From assembly GCA_946630315.1 (NCBI GenBank), contig CAMOYT010000002.1, positions 562 to 64,561 of the forward strand: a stretch of DNA of 64,000 nt. The letters are read 5' to 3'. Numbering within the stretch: position 1 is the first letter of the stretch; every line of letters starts with the position of its first letter. This document shows positions 63,900 through 64,000 of this stretch, one piece after another. Both the position numbers and the translations under genes were made by a program. Source of the stretch: an uncultured Bacillota bacterium (GTDB lineage: Bacteria > Bacillota_I > Bacilli_A > RF39 > UBA660). The notes under the pieces were generated by a model, which saw only the letters and a program-made list of their open reading frames with translations, did not search any database and was not told the DNA's origin.

Positions 63900-64000
63900 A
63901 TGGCAATCAGAAATTATAAACCTACTACACCAGGACGTAGAAAAATGAGTGCTTTAGTTAATGAAGAAATTACAAAGAGTACTCCAGAAAAATCATTAAT
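63900..64000 (+). CDS. rplB: 50S ribosomal protein L2, N-terminal fragment (continues past window)
   Basis: [22 protein letters not shown] aaggagg upstream. Confidence 0.9.
   Translation, partial: MAIRNYKPTTPGRRKMSALVNEEITKSTPEKSL

Overview
The window is an A+T-rich chromosome segment of Bacillota (Firmicutes) type. It uses the standard genetic code: TGA ends genes such as uvrA, and an RF2 gene with its UGA frameshift site is present. I count about 60 protein genes. I saw no rRNA, tRNA, CRISPR array, transposase or integrase. All product calls rest on motifs I read in the translations, because no database search was possible. The backbone is housekeeping genes on the + strand: a NatAB-like ABC pair, a phosphofructokinase with PPi-type signatures, prfB, ftsE-ftsX plus an M23 hydrolase, uvrB and uvrA, lgt, yvcK-whiA, gap, pgk, tpiA, a Y-family polymerase, and the start of the S10 ribosomal operon (rpsJ-rplC-rplD-rplW-rplB). 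Accessory blocks sit between these genes, and they are where the interesting content lies. (1) At 6012-9826, an orphan 675-aa protein carries two HEPN R-x4-H motifs in one chain. It heads an operon with an MccF-like S66 peptidase and a metallophosphoesterase. (2) At 10445-15820 (- strand), an operon encodes a 1295-aa papain-like protease ending in a dockerin, followed by a membrane-anchored Ig-like protein. (3) At 17084-18421 lies an orphan soluble VirD4/TraG-like ATPase. (4) At 27802-27997, a leader peptide, antiterminator and terminator precede an ABC exporter. (5) At 31205-33979 (- strand), a WXG100 gene is followed by three tandem effectors. These share a WXG-like N-terminal module (two copies are identical over 270 nt) and have different C-termini that look like cell-wall hydrolases. 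(6) At 46311-50955, a four-gene radical-SAM/SPASM cassette is inserted between gap and pgk. My top candidates for an undescribed system are the dual-HEPN operon, the WXG100 effector array and the radical-SAM cassette. None of them can be assigned a function from sequence alone.
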